Assembly: GCF_003991155.1 (NCBI RefSeq)
Contig: NZ_CP031293.1
Strand: one strand, 5' to 3'
DNA from: Escherichia coli
GTDB lineage: Bacteria > Pseudomonadota > Gammaproteobacteria > Enterobacterales > Enterobacteriaceae
DNA: 64,000 nt
Shown: positions 11,656 through 21,595 of the stretch, piece after piece
Numbering within the stretch: the first letter of the stretch is position 1
Layout of the letters: each line of letters begins with the position of its first letter
Program-made: the position numbers and the translations under genes
The notes under the pieces: generated by a model
The model's database searches: none
The model's input: only the letters and a program-made list of their open reading frames with translations
Told to the model about the DNA's origin: nothing

Positions 11656-11728
11656 AAGGGCGAAAATTCAGCAAGTTAAGATATGAACATCAGGCAAAGG
11701 GCGCAAACGTCGCGCCCTTGCTAAAGCA

Positions 11729-14026
11729 TTACAGCAACTCAAACTCGCCTTTCTTAACGCGTGCGGAATCAGTGCCGATAAAGACATTGAACTTGCCAGG
11801 CTCGGCGTCATATTTCATCTGTTGATTCCAGAACTTCAGCGCCTCGATATCAATCGGGAAGCTGACGGTCTGGGTTTCGCCCGGTTTCAGGGTGATTTTC
11901 TCAAAGCCTTTCAGCTGTTTTACCGGGCGACTCATGGAAGCCGTCACATCCTGCAGGTACATCTGAACTACCGTCGCCCCTTCGCGCTTACCGGTGTTCG
12001 TCACCTGCACGCTGGCGGTCACTTTGCCGTCACGCTTCATGGTCGGCGCAGAAAGTTTCACATCAGAGACGGTGAAAGTGGTATAGCTCAGACCATAGCC
12101 GAACGGATAAAGCGCCCCGTTAGCTTCATCAAAATAACGCGAAGTGTATTTGTTCGGCTTGTCGGCATTATACGGGCGACCGGTATTCAGATGACTGTAG
12201 TACACCGGGATCTGCCCGACAGAACGCGGGAAGGACATCGGCAGCTTGCCGGACGGGTTGTAATCGCCAAACAATACATCGGCAATTGCATTACCGCCTT
12301 CAGTCCCCGCAAACCAGGTTTCCAGAATCGCATCCGCCTGCTGATCTTCTTTCACCAGCGCCAGCGGACGCCCGTTCATCAGCACCAGCACCAGCGGTTT
12401 ACCGGTGGCTTTCAGCGCCGCAATCAAGTCACGTTGGCTTTGCGGAATAGTGATATCGGTACGGCTGGAGGCCTCGTGCGCCATCCCCTGAGCTTCACCG
12501 ACCACAGCCACCACCACATCAGATTGCTTCGCGGTTTGCACCGCTTCATCAATCATCTCTTGCGGCGAGCGCGGGTCGACTTTGACCGCCTCTTCATACT
12601 GATTCAGGAAATCGATAATGCCTTTGTCACTGGTGACGTTCGCCCCTTTGGCGTACAGCACTTTACCGTTTTCACCGACGGCGTTTTTAATCCCTGTTAG
12701 CACAGTAACAGATTGATCGGCGACACCTGCTGCCGACCAGCTTCCCATCACGTCACGCTTGCTGTCTGCCAGCGGGCCAACCACCGCAATGGTGGCTGAT
12801 TTTTTCAGCGGTAACGTTTCGAGACGGTTTTTCAGCAACACCAGGCTTTCGCGTGCCACTTCACGCGCTTCTTTGCGGTGCAGGCGGTTTTCGGCATTGG
12901 TATCCACCGGGTCAGACTCTTTCGGACCGAGATGGCTGTACGGGTCGTTAAACAACCCCATATCATATTTAACGTTCAGTACATGACGGGCAGCGTCATC
13001 CAGCTCTTCCATCGTCACTTTGCCGGATTTGATCAACCCAGGCAGATACTTCGAGTAATACTCGTCGCTCATACTCATGTTGATGCCGGATTTCAGCGCC
13101 ACGCGCACCGCATCTTCCGGGTCTGCCGCCGTGCCATGTTTAATCAGCTCTTTGATTGCGCCGTGATCGGAAACGGTGATGCCTTTAAAGCCCCACTGGT
13201 CGCGCAGAACATCTTTCAGCAGCCAGGAGTCGGAGGTGGCTGGCGTGCCGTTCAGCGAGTTCAGCGCCACCATCACCGCACCGCTGCCTGCATCCAGCCC
13301 CGCTTTGTACGGCGGCATATAGTCGTTAAACAGGCGCTGCGGACTCATATCGACGGTGTTGTACTCTTTACCGCCTTCTACCGCGCCGTATGCGGCAAAG
13401 TGTTTGACGCTGGTCATCACCGAGTAGCGATCTGCCGGGCTTTTACCCTGCATCGCTTCCACCATGGTTTTGCCCATTATTGAGGTGAGATACGTATCTT
13501 CGCCAAAACCTTCGGAAGCACGTCCCCAGCGCGGATCGCGCGAGACATCGACCATCGGTGCCCAGGTCATGTTCAGGCCATCATCTGCCGCTTCATAAGC
13601 AGAGACACGCCCGACTGTTTTCACTGCATCGAGGTTAAAAGACGAGGCCAGACCGAGGCTAATCGGGAACACCGTGCGCTGACCGTGCAGCACGTCGTAA
13701 GCAAAGAAAAGAGGAATTTTCAGGCGGCTTAATTCCATCACCTGATCCTGCATGGCGCGGATATCCTGACGGGTTACGGTGTTGAAAATCGCCCCAACCT
13801 GCCCGTCTTTGATCATCTCGCGGATCGCCTCTTTCGGATTATCCGGGCCGACGCTGATTAAACGCAGCTGACCAATTTTCTCATCAACTGTCATTTTCTT
13901 AAGCAGTTCGGTGACGAACGCATCCCGCGCTTCGGGCGTTAATGGATGGTTGCCGAATAAATCATCCGCCAGTGCTGGCTGCAGGGCCAGACTCACCGCG
14001 ATTCCTACTGAACATAGCCATTTCAT
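11729..14026 (-). CDS. bglX: periplasmic beta-glucosidase BglX (glycoside hydrolase family 3)
   Basis: ORF trimmed to MKWLCSVGIAVSLA signal-peptide start (765 aa). Confidence 0.9.
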   Translation of the reverse strand: MKWLCSVGIAVSLALQPALADDLFGNHPLTPEARDAFVTELLKKMTVDEKIGQLRLISVGPDNPKEAIREMIKDGQVGAIFNTVTRQDIRAMQDQVMELSRLKIPLFFAYDVLHGQRTVFPISLGLASSFNLDAVKTVGRVSAYEAADDGLNMTWAPMVDVSRDPRWGRASEGFGEDTYLTSIMGKTMVEAMQGKSPADRYSVMTSVKHFAAYGAVEGGKEYNTVDMSPQRLFNDYMPPYKAGLDAGSGAVMVALNSLNGTPATSDSWLLKDVLRDQWGFKGITVSDHGAIKELIKHGTAADPEDAVRVALKSGINMSMSDEYYSKYLPGLIKSGKVTMEELDDAARHVLNVKYDMGLFNDPYSHLGPKESDPVDTNAENRLHRKEAREVARESLVLLKNRLETLPLKKSATIAVVGPLADSKRDVMGSWSAAGVADQSVTVLTGIKNAVGENGKVLYAKGANVTSDKGIIDFLNQYEEAVKVDPRSPQEMIDEAVQTAKQSDVVVAVVGEAQGMAHEASSRTDITIPQSQRDLIAALKATGKPLVLVLMNGRPLALVKEDQQADAILETWFAGTEGGNAIADVLFGDYNPSGKLPMSFPRSVGQIPVYYSHLNTGRPYNADKPNKYTSRYFDEANGALYPFGYGLSYTTFTVSDVKLSAPTMKRDGKVTASVQVTNTGKREGATVVQMYLQDVTASMSRPVKQLKGFEKITLKPGETQTVSFPIDIEALKFWNQQMKYDAEPGKFNVFIGTDSARVKKGEFELL

Positions 14027-14221
14027 ATGGATTTTTCTTCCTCTGTTGCCCGACGAGGCAGCGAAAATGGTGCAAAAACCGTAGTTTGCCATAAGCATGA
14101 TAGAGAGAGAAAAAGAATGCTCAGTTTATTGTCTGAATTTTCAAAATATTCACTCGCTGAATTGTCATACAAGGCGCTATTCTAGTTTGTGATATTTTTT
14201 CGCCACCACAAGGAGTGGAAA

Positions 14222-15937
14222 ATGTCTTCCATGACAACAACTGATAATAAAGCCTTTTTGAATGAACTTGCCCGTCTGGTCGGTCATTCACACCTGCTCA
14301 CCGATCCCGCAAAAACGGCCCGCTATCGCAAGGGCTTCCGTTCTGGTCAGGGCGACGCGCTGGCTGTCGTTTTCCCTGGCTCACTACTGGAATTGTGGCG
14401 GGTGCTGAAAGCCTGCGTCACCGCCGACAAAATTATTCTCATGCAGGCCGCCAATACAGGTCTGACCGAAGGATCGACGCCAAACGGTAACGACTATGAT
14501 CGCGATATCGTGATCATCAGCACCCTGCGTCTCGATAAGTTGCACGTTCTCGGCAAGGGCGAACAAGTGCTGGCCTATCCGGGCACCACGCTTTATTCGC
14601 TGGAAAAAGCCCTCAAACCGCTGGGACGCGAACCGCACTCGGTGATTGGATCATCGTGTATAGGCGCATCGGTCATCGGCGGTATTTGTAACAACTCCGG
14701 CGGCTCGCTGGTGCAGCGTGGCCCGGCGTATACCGAAATGTCGTTATTCGCGCGTATAAATGAAGACGGCAAACTGACGCTGGTGAACCATCTGGGGATT
14801 GATCTGGGCGAAACGCCGGAGCAGATCCTTAGCAAGCTGGATGACGATCGCATCAAAGATGACGATGTGCGTCACGATGGCCGTCACGCCCACGATTATG
14901 ACTATGTCCACCGCGTTCGTGATATTGAAGCCGACACCCCCGCACGTTATAACGCCGATCCGGATCGGTTATTTGAATCTTCTGGTTGCGCCGGGAAGCT
15001 GGCCGTCTTTTCGGTACGTCTTGATACCTTCGAAGCGGAAAAAAATCAGCAGGTGTTTTATATCGGCACCAACCAGCCGGAAGTGCTGACCGAAATCCGC
15101 CGTCATATTCTGGCTAATTTCGAAAATTTGCCGGTTGCCGGGGAATATATGCACCGGGATATCTACGATATTGCGGAAAAATACGGCAAAGACACCTTCC
15201 TGATGATTGATAAGTTAGGCACCGACAAGATGCCGTTCTTCTTTAATCTCAAGGGACGCACCGATGCGATGCTGGAGAAAGTGAAATTCTTCCGTCCGCA
15301 TTTTACCGACCGTGCAATGCAAAAATTCGGTCACCTGTTCCCCAGCCATTTACCGCCACGCATGAAAAACTGGCGCGATAAATACGAGCATCATCTGCTG
15401 TTAAAAATGGCGGGCGATGGCGTCGGTGAAGCCAAATCGTGGCTGGTGGATTATTTCAAACAGGCCGAGGGCGATTTCTTTGTCTGTACGCCGGAGGAAG
15501 GCAGCAAAGCGTTTTTACACCGTTTCGCCGCTGCGGGCGCAGCAATTCGTTATCAGGCTGTGCATTCCGATGAAGTCGAAGACATTCTGGCGCTGGATAT
15601 CGCTCTGCGGCGTAACGACACCGAATGGTATGAGCATTTACCGCCGGAGATCGACAGCCAGCTGGTGCACAAGCTCTATTACGGCCATTTTATGTGCTAT
15701 GTCTTCCATCAGGATTACATCGTGAAAAAAGGCGTGGATGTGCACGCGCTGAAAGAACAGATGCTGGAACTGCTGCAGCAGCGTGGCGCGCAATACCCTG
15801 CCGAACATAACGTCGGTCATTTGTATAAAGCACCGGAGACGTTGCAGAAGTTTTATCGCGAGAACGATCCGACCAACAGTATGAATCCGGGGATCGGTAA
15901 AACCAGTAAGCGGAAAAACTGGCAGGAAGTGGAGTAA
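14222..15937 (+). CDS. dld: FAD-dependent D-lactate dehydrogenase Dld
   Basis: 571 aa from MSSMTTTDNKAFLNEL; recognised as Dld. Confidence 0.9.
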   Translation: MSSMTTTDNKAFLNELARLVGHSHLLTDPAKTARYRKGFRSGQGDALAVVFPGSLLELWRVLKACVTADKIILMQAANTGLTEGSTPNGNDYDRDIVIISTLRLDKLHVLGKGEQVLAYPGTTLYSLEKALKPLGREPHSVIGSSCIGASVIGGICNNSGGSLVQRGPAYTEMSLFARINEDGKLTLVNHLGIDLGETPEQILSKLDDDRIKDDDVRHDGRHAHDYDYVHRVRDIEADTPARYNADPDRLFESSGCAGKLAVFSVRLDTFEAEKNQQVFYIGTNQPEVLTEIRRHILANFENLPVAGEYMHRDIYDIAEKYGKDTFLMIDKLGTDKMPFFFNLKGRTDAMLEKVKFFRPHFTDRAMQKFGHLFPSHLPPRMKNWRDKYEHHLLLKMAGDGVGEAKSWLVDYFKQAEGDFFVCTPEEGSKAFLHRFAAAGAAIRYQAVHSDEVEDILALDIALRRNDTEWYEHLPPEIDSQLVHKLYYGHFMCYVFHQDYIVKKGVDVHALKEQMLELLQQRGAQYPAEHNVGHLYKAPETLQKFYRENDPTNSMNPGIGKTSKRKNWQEVE

Positions 15938-15942
15938 TAATT

Positions 15943-15968
15943 ACGGATGGCAGAGTATCGCCATCCGT
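15943..15968. terminator. hairpin between convergent dld and pbpG
   Basis: ACGGATGGC...GCCATCCGT 9-bp stem. Confidence 0.5.
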
Positions 15969-15975
15969 CATTCAT

Positions 15976-16908
15976 TTAATCGTTCTGTGCCGTCTGCCCC
16001 GCCGCCGCCATCTGGGCGGCTTTTTGTTTTTTATAGCTCAACGCTGCTGCCGGAACAGGCATCACTTTACCGGTCTCAATCCAGGTACGCAGGCGGCTGG
16101 CATCGGCAAAATGGGTATATTTGCCAAACGCGTCCATTACTACCAGCGCCACCGGTTTATTATTGATAACCGTACGCATCACCAGACAATGGCCCGCCGC
16201 ATTGGTAAAGCCGGTTTTGGTTAACTGAATATTCCAGTTATCGCGATACACCAGATGGTTAGTATTGCGGAACGGCAGCGTATACGTCGGGTTAGAGAAG
16301 GTTGCCATATCTTCCCGGGTGGTACTTAACTGCCCGATCAACGGATATTGTTTGCTGGCAATGAGCAGTTTGGTTAAGTCACGGGCGGTTGAAACGTTAT
16401 GCACCGACAATCCGGTCGGTTCAACAAAGCGCGTGTTGTTCATTCCGAGCGATTTCGCTTTCGCATTCATCGCCTTAATAAAGGCTTTGTAACCACCGGG
16501 ATAATGGTGCGCAAGGCTTGCCGCCGCGCGGTTTTCTGAAGACATCAGCGCCAGCAACAGCATATCTTTACGGCTGATTTCGCTGTTCAGTCGTACGCGC
16601 GAATAGACCCCTTTCATCTCCGGCGTCTGGCTGATATCCACTTTTAGTTTTTCATCCAGCGGCAGTCGTGCATCCAGCACAACCATCGCGGTCATTAATT
16701 TGCTGATAGACGCAATCGGACGCACCAGATCCGGGTGGTTCGAATAGATCACTTTGTTGGTATTCAGATCAACAATCATCGCGCTACCGGAGGCAATTTC
16801 CGGTTGTGACGCGGTGGTAGCGGCTGCCGTTTTCGCAACGGCCTGCGGTGCAAAAGGCACAGCCAGCATCAGGGCCAGGCTAAATAAAGAAACTCGAAAT
16901 TTCGGCAT
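15976..16908 (-). CDS. pbpG: D-alanyl-D-alanine endopeptidase PBP7 (PbpG)
   Basis: Signal peptide plus SISKLMT (SxxK) active-site motif; 310 aa. Confidence 0.9.
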
Positions 16909-17081
16909 GATGAGCATTCAGATAGTGGTTCACGCGCACGGGTTGCGCACCGCCGGAGTAAGGATTTACTGAGGCTAGCGACGCCATCATAACGAGCAAA
17001 AAGTGCGATCGTCAAAGAAGAATCGTGAGGAAATGCTGCATTGCTGACATTTACGCCAGCAATGCAGCGCAAAAGAACTTT

Positions 17082-17669
17082 CTAGAACAAACGATAACCG
17101 TAGCCCCATAGTATAACGGTAAGGGCGAGCAGCACTTCCAGCACCAGCACGCCTATCGCCAGTGTCGAACTGGAGAAGCTAAGTCCTTCCTCTTTGTTGA
17201 TATTCAGGAAGCTCGGAATACCGAGATACAGCAGGTAGCCGGTGTAAAACAGCGCCACCGTGCCGACCAGCGCACACAACCAGACCAGCGGGTAAAGCGC
17301 CACCAGACCGCTTAAAAACAGCGGAGTTGCAACGTAGCCCGCGAAGACCATGCAGTGCGCAAGTGACGGACGCTGCGGATAATTACGCGCCATCCACCAG
17401 ATGACCCGCCCCATCACCGCAACCCCAGCCAGCATAACGCCGTAAAACAAGACAGCCAGCGCCAGTCCGGTAAACCAGGATAACTTCAGGATAGTGCCAT
17501 CGCCAAAATTCCAGCCAATCTGTGTAGTGCCAATGAAGGCGCAAATCACCGGAATCGCCGCCATCAGCAAAACGTGGTGGGTGTAATGGTGAGAAATCGT
17601 TTCGTTTTCGCGATTAATCACCTGCATTTCACGATCGGGATGGGAAAACAGTCCCCAGACATGGCTCAT
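17082..17669 (-). CDS. yohC: inner membrane protein YohC
   Basis: 195-aa multi-TM ORF from MSHVWGLF. Confidence 0.85.
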   Translation of the reverse strand: MSHVWGLFSHPDREMQVINRENETISHHYTHHVLLMAAIPVICAFIGTTQIGWNFGDGTILKLSWFTGLALAVLFYGVMLAGVAVMGRVIWWMARNYPQRPSLAHCMVFAGYVATPLFLSGLVALYPLVWLCALVGTVALFYTGYLLYLGIPSFLNINKEEGLSFSSSTLAIGVLVLEVLLALTVILWGYGYRLF

Positions 17670-17838
17670 ACCGCCCCCTTGTTGTGAGTTCATGAACCTG
17701 ACAGTTCAAGTATAAGTCAGCTTGTGATTATTTTTTGTTCGCTCATATAATTTGCACCGTCTGATGTACGTCCTTTTTCAGCGTGAATGATTCACAGGGT
17801 GTATGCTTACAGGCAAGCAAAGGGAGACAGACTGTCCT

Positions 17839-18417
17839 ATGGATCTCAATACACTCATCTCACAATATGGTTATGCCGCGCTGGTGATCGGTAGCCTGGC
17901 GGAAGGTGAAACCGTGACTTTGCTGGGAGGCGTTGCGGCACATCAGGGGCTATTAAAGTTCCCGCTGGTGGTACTTTCTGTGGCGCTTGGCGGCATGATT
18001 GGCGACCAGGTGCTTTATCTGTGCGGGCGGCGCTTTGGCGGCAAGCTGTTACGCCGTTTCTCGAAACATCAGGATAAAATTGAGCGGGCGCAGAAACTTA
18101 TCCAACGCCATCCGTATCTGTTTGTCATTGGTACGCGTTTTATGTATGGCTTTCGGGTGATTGGCCCGACGCTGATTGGTGCCAGCCAGCTGTCGCCGAA
18201 AATCTTTCTGCCGCTGAATATTCTCGGCGCATTTGCCTGGGCGCTGATTTTTACCACTATCGGTTACGCTGGTGGGCAGGTGATTGCGCCGTGGTTGCAC
18301 AATCTCGACCAGCATTTGAAGCACTGGGTCTGGTTGATTCTGGTCGTGGTTCTGGTGGTAGGCGTGCGCTGGTGGCTGAAACGGCGCGGGAAGAAAAAGC
18401 CGGATCATCAGGCGTAA
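17839..18417 (+). CDS. yohD: DedA-family inner membrane protein YohD
   Basis: 192 aa from MDLNTLISQYGYAALVIG. Confidence 0.85.
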   Translation: MDLNTLISQYGYAALVIGSLAEGETVTLLGGVAAHQGLLKFPLVVLSVALGGMIGDQVLYLCGRRFGGKLLRRFSKHQDKIERAQKLIQRHPYLFVIGTRFMYGFRVIGPTLIGASQLSPKIFLPLNILGAFAWALIFTTIGYAGGQVIAPWLHNLDQHLKHWVWLILVVVLVVGVRWWLKRRGKKKPDHQA

Positions 18418-18424
18418 AACCATT

Positions 18425-18506
18425 GCCCTGGATAAGGTGTTCGCGCCGCATCCGACATCCGGTGCACCATGCCTGATGCGACGCTGGCGTGTCTTATCTG
18501 GCCTAA
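18425..18506. repeat. pair of inverted REP units (BIME-like)
   Basis: Two REP-like palindromes in opposite orientation between yohD and yohF. Confidence 0.7.
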
Positions 18507-18536
18507 CCCAATGAAATAACCACGCACCTCACTGCG

Positions 18537-19298
18537 CTATTCTGGGTTGAACTGCGGATTCGCCAACATAAAGCCGCCATCCACTATCAACGACCGCCCG
18601 GTGGTGTAATTTGCGCCCTCCGAACAAAGCCATACCACCAGACTGGCAATCTCATGCGTTGTGCCAAAACGTCGCAAGGGAATCGAAGGCTCCGCGTCGG
18701 GCTTCACATCGCCGTCATCCATGCCGTTCATTGGCGTGGCGATCGCCCCAGGTGCGACTGCGTTCACCAAAATTTTATGCCTGACCAGCTCCAGCGCCAT
18801 TGCTTTGGTTAACCCGCCGAGCGCATGTTTAGCGGCTGTGTAGGCGCTGGCATCCGGCAGCGGCGTATGTTCATGTACCGATGTAATGTTGATGATGCGA
18901 CCGCCCTGCCCTTGCTTCACCATCTGGCGGGCAGCAATTTGCGAGCATAAAAATGCACCATCGACATCAACGGTAAAAATCTTGCGCCACTCATCGAAAG
19001 CCATATCAAGAAACGGCGCTTTGGTCATTGCGCCCGCATTATTCACCAGCACATCAATACGCCCCAGCCGATGAATAAGTTTCTCCAGCGCCAGTGCCCC
19101 TTCTGGTAGATTGCCGAGATCCAGTTGCACGATCTCCGCACGTACGCCGTGGCTAACTACCTCACGCGCGGTATCTTTTGCCCCTTCTTCATCTGAGTGC
19201 CAGGTAATGCCAATATCAAACCCCTGCTGCGCCAGTAATAACGCGCACTCTTTGCCGATCCCCGAATCGGAGGCGGTAATTATCGCGACCTGTGCCAT
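18537..19298 (-). CDS. yohF: short-chain dehydrogenase/reductase YohF
   Basis: SDR N-terminus AIITASDSGIGKE; 253 aa. Confidence 0.85.
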   Translation of the reverse strand: MAQVAIITASDSGIGKECALLLAQQGFDIGITWHSDEEGAKDTAREVVSHGVRAEIVQLDLGNLPEGALALEKLIHRLGRIDVLVNNAGAMTKAPFLDMAFDEWRKIFTVDVDGAFLCSQIAARQMVKQGQGGRIINITSVHEHTPLPDASAYTAAKHALGGLTKAMALELVRHKILVNAVAPGAIATPMNGMDDGDVKPDAEPSIPLRRFGTTHEIASLVVWLCSEGANYTTGRSLIVDGGFMLANPQFNPE

Positions 19299-19350
19299 CG
19301 AGTTCTCCACTTAACGCTGAATAAATGTTAAGTATAGAAGGCGCATATCA

Positions 19351-20787
19351 TCAGCGTTTGTAACCTCCGCCCAGCGCACCGGTGAGTTGAATGGAGGCAT
19401 CCAGCCACTGCCCTTGCAATAACAGGCCATTGGCCCGCTCACGCAGCGCGGGGATTCTGGCTTCGCTGACGCGGGAACCAGCAATGATGCCCGCGTTAAA
19501 GCGCGCCTGCGCAAGACCTACCACACGCAAGGCATCGTGCTCAATTTGCGCCTGATGCTGGTTTTTCTCCGCCAGTGTCTGAACCTGGCTGGCCGCCCGC
19601 GCCACGTCATTTACCGCTTCAACCACCGCTTTGTTGTAGCTGGCGATAGACAAGTTGCTTTCGGCTTTTGCGATATCGAGATTGGCGTTAAGACGACCAC
19701 TATCGAAAATGGGTAGCGTCAGGCCTGCCGTAACGCCCATTTGCTGCGCGGAATGACGGAACAGATCGCTTAAGTGCAACGCATCCTGTTGCAGAAAGGC
19801 CATCAGGTTGATGTCAGGATAAAATGCCGCTTTTGCCGCATCAATAGTGCTTAACGATGACTCAACGTACCAGTGCGCCGCCTGCAAATCTGCCCGCCGG
19901 GCCAGTAAGGAGTACCCGAGTTCATCAGGAAGCTGACTTGCCACTTTCGGCAACGCGACCGGTTTAAGCTTCAATGACTTTGTCTGGTGGTTGGTGAGCG
20001 CACTTAACCGTGCCTCAATAATTTTCATTTTCCCCGCGACATCGTTGAGCTGCTGCCGGGTTTTGCTGGCATTAATATCGGTTTCCACACCTTCAACTGA
20101 AGAAGTAATCCCGTTCTGATATAGCTGGCGATCGGTCGCGATAATGGTGTTCTGCTCTTTTTCGATTTGCTGCAAGACCGTGTTTAACGCCGCCTGGGTT
20201 TGCCACTCCCAGTACAGGCGGGCTACGCTGCCAGCCAGCAATTGGCAGGTTTGCTCGCGTTCCGCCGCCCGTGCTTTAACCGTACCGAGGCGAGCAGTAA
20301 CCTCCGCCCGATTCTTTCCCCAGATATCGAGATGCCAGCCCGCCGTTAAGCCAAAAGTACCGTTGGTGTACCACGGACCGGTCGTACCTGCGGCAGGATC
20401 GTTCAGAGCAAACGGCCCCATTAACCCTTCTGCAGACATTTTTTGCCGCTCCATATCCGCAGAAAAGTCGATCTGCGGACCATCCTGAGTGGCAACTGCC
20501 TTCGCCTGGGCTTCAGCCAGCTGAATGCGCTGTTCAGCCACCTGCATATCCGGTGCGTTCTGTAGTGCATTGTTAATTAATGAAGTGAGTTGATTATCGT
20601 GATACTCCAGCCACCATTGGCTGTCTGGCCAACCATTTTTCAGCGCCGTGGGTAATGCGGTGTCAACTTGTGCCGCGGGTGTTTGCTGGCTTAACGCCTG
20701 GCGGGTTTCATGCATAGGCGCACACCCGGCCAGCATCAGTAACAGCGGAAAACAGGCGATGGCTGGATAAAAAGAATCACGATTCAT
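19351..20787 (-). CDS. mdtQ: outer-membrane efflux lipoprotein MdtQ (YohG), apparently intact
   Basis: Single 478-aa ORF from MNRDSFYPAIACFPLLLMLAGC (lipobox); OMF/TolC-like. Confidence 0.8.
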   Translation of the reverse strand: MNRDSFYPAIACFPLLLMLAGCAPMHETRQALSQQTPAAQVDTALPTALKNGWPDSQWWLEYHDNQLTSLINNALQNAPDMQVAEQRIQLAEAQAKAVATQDGPQIDFSADMERQKMSAEGLMGPFALNDPAAGTTGPWYTNGTFGLTAGWHLDIWGKNRAEVTARLGTVKARAAEREQTCQLLAGSVARLYWEWQTQAALNTVLQQIEKEQNTIIATDRQLYQNGITSSVEGVETDINASKTRQQLNDVAGKMKIIEARLSALTNHQTKSLKLKPVALPKVASQLPDELGYSLLARRADLQAAHWYVESSLSTIDAAKAAFYPDINLMAFLQQDALHLSDLFRHSAQQMGVTAGLTLPIFDSGRLNANLDIAKAESNLSIASYNKAVVEAVNDVARAASQVQTLAEKNQHQAQIEHDALRVVGLAQARFNAGIIAGSRVSEARIPALRERANGLLLQGQWLDASIQLTGALGGGYKR

Positions 20788-21010
20788 GGGGGAATAATCA
20801 GGTAAGAAAAGGTGCGCGGAGATTACCGTGTGTTGCGATATATTTTTTAGTTTCGCGTGGCAATACATCAGTAGCAATAAAACGACATATCCAGAAAAAT
20901 ATACACTAAGTGAATGATATCTTCCGATTTATCTTAATCGTTTATGGATAACGGCAAAGGGCTTCGTTTTTTCCTATACTTATTCAGCACTCACAAATAA
21001 AGGAACGCCA

Positions 21011-21094
21011 ATGAAAATTATACTCTGGGCTGTATTGATTATTTTCCTGATTGGGCTACTGGTGGTGACTGGCGTATTTAAGATGATATTTTAA
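21011..21094 (+). CDS. yohP: small membrane protein YohP (27 aa)
   Basis: Not in ORF track; ATG at 21011, encodes MKIILWAVLIIFLIGLLVVTGVFKMIF. Confidence 0.75.
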   Translation: MKIILWAVLIIFLIGLLVVTGVFKMIF

Positions 21095-21595
21095 AATTAA
21101 TTAATGTCATCAGGTCCGAAAATAACGAGAATAGTTCAGTCTCTCATCCTGTTGCGCTCCTGTCATGTGCATTGCTTCATATCATCACTGGCGCAAGGAG
21201 CGCGCAGGGGGCGGCCAGTCGCCGTCGCCCCCTGCACCCCCGGGCTCTGGCGAACAAAATCGCCGCTGCGCGGTACCCTCGGCTTATCCCTTGCTGCTAC
21301 CGGGTCGGGCGCGAGGTAACATATATGGACGCTCCCGGAATGCAATGCTTTCTTCAGTTATGTAATAAAACGGGTAGGTGCAGCCATATATCCGGTTTCT
21401 GATGGGATTTTTATCCCGAACCATGATGAAATCCGCCAGGCAGGTACCAATCATCCTCTACGGGCTAACTTGCCCTTGTTACCTCTCGGTGTATCCTGCC
21501 TGCGGTCTTACCTGTTTTGCCATCTTCTGAAGTCACCTGCACCTCCCAGGACGTTAACTTTTTTTCAGCACCTCGTCAGATTGACTGACCTTGTG

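Noticed and set aside
11822-13483. Long plus-strand ORFs (292 aa and 201 aa) inside bglX
   Set aside because: Antisense to a well-supported GH3 beta-glucosidase gene; no RBS or independent support. Treated as spurious antisense frames.
21104-21402. Several overlapping 60-76-aa ORFs in the GC-rich segment after yohP
   Set aside because: Multiple frames are open simultaneously, which is typical of GC-rich non-coding DNA; more likely IS-end or target sequence than genes.
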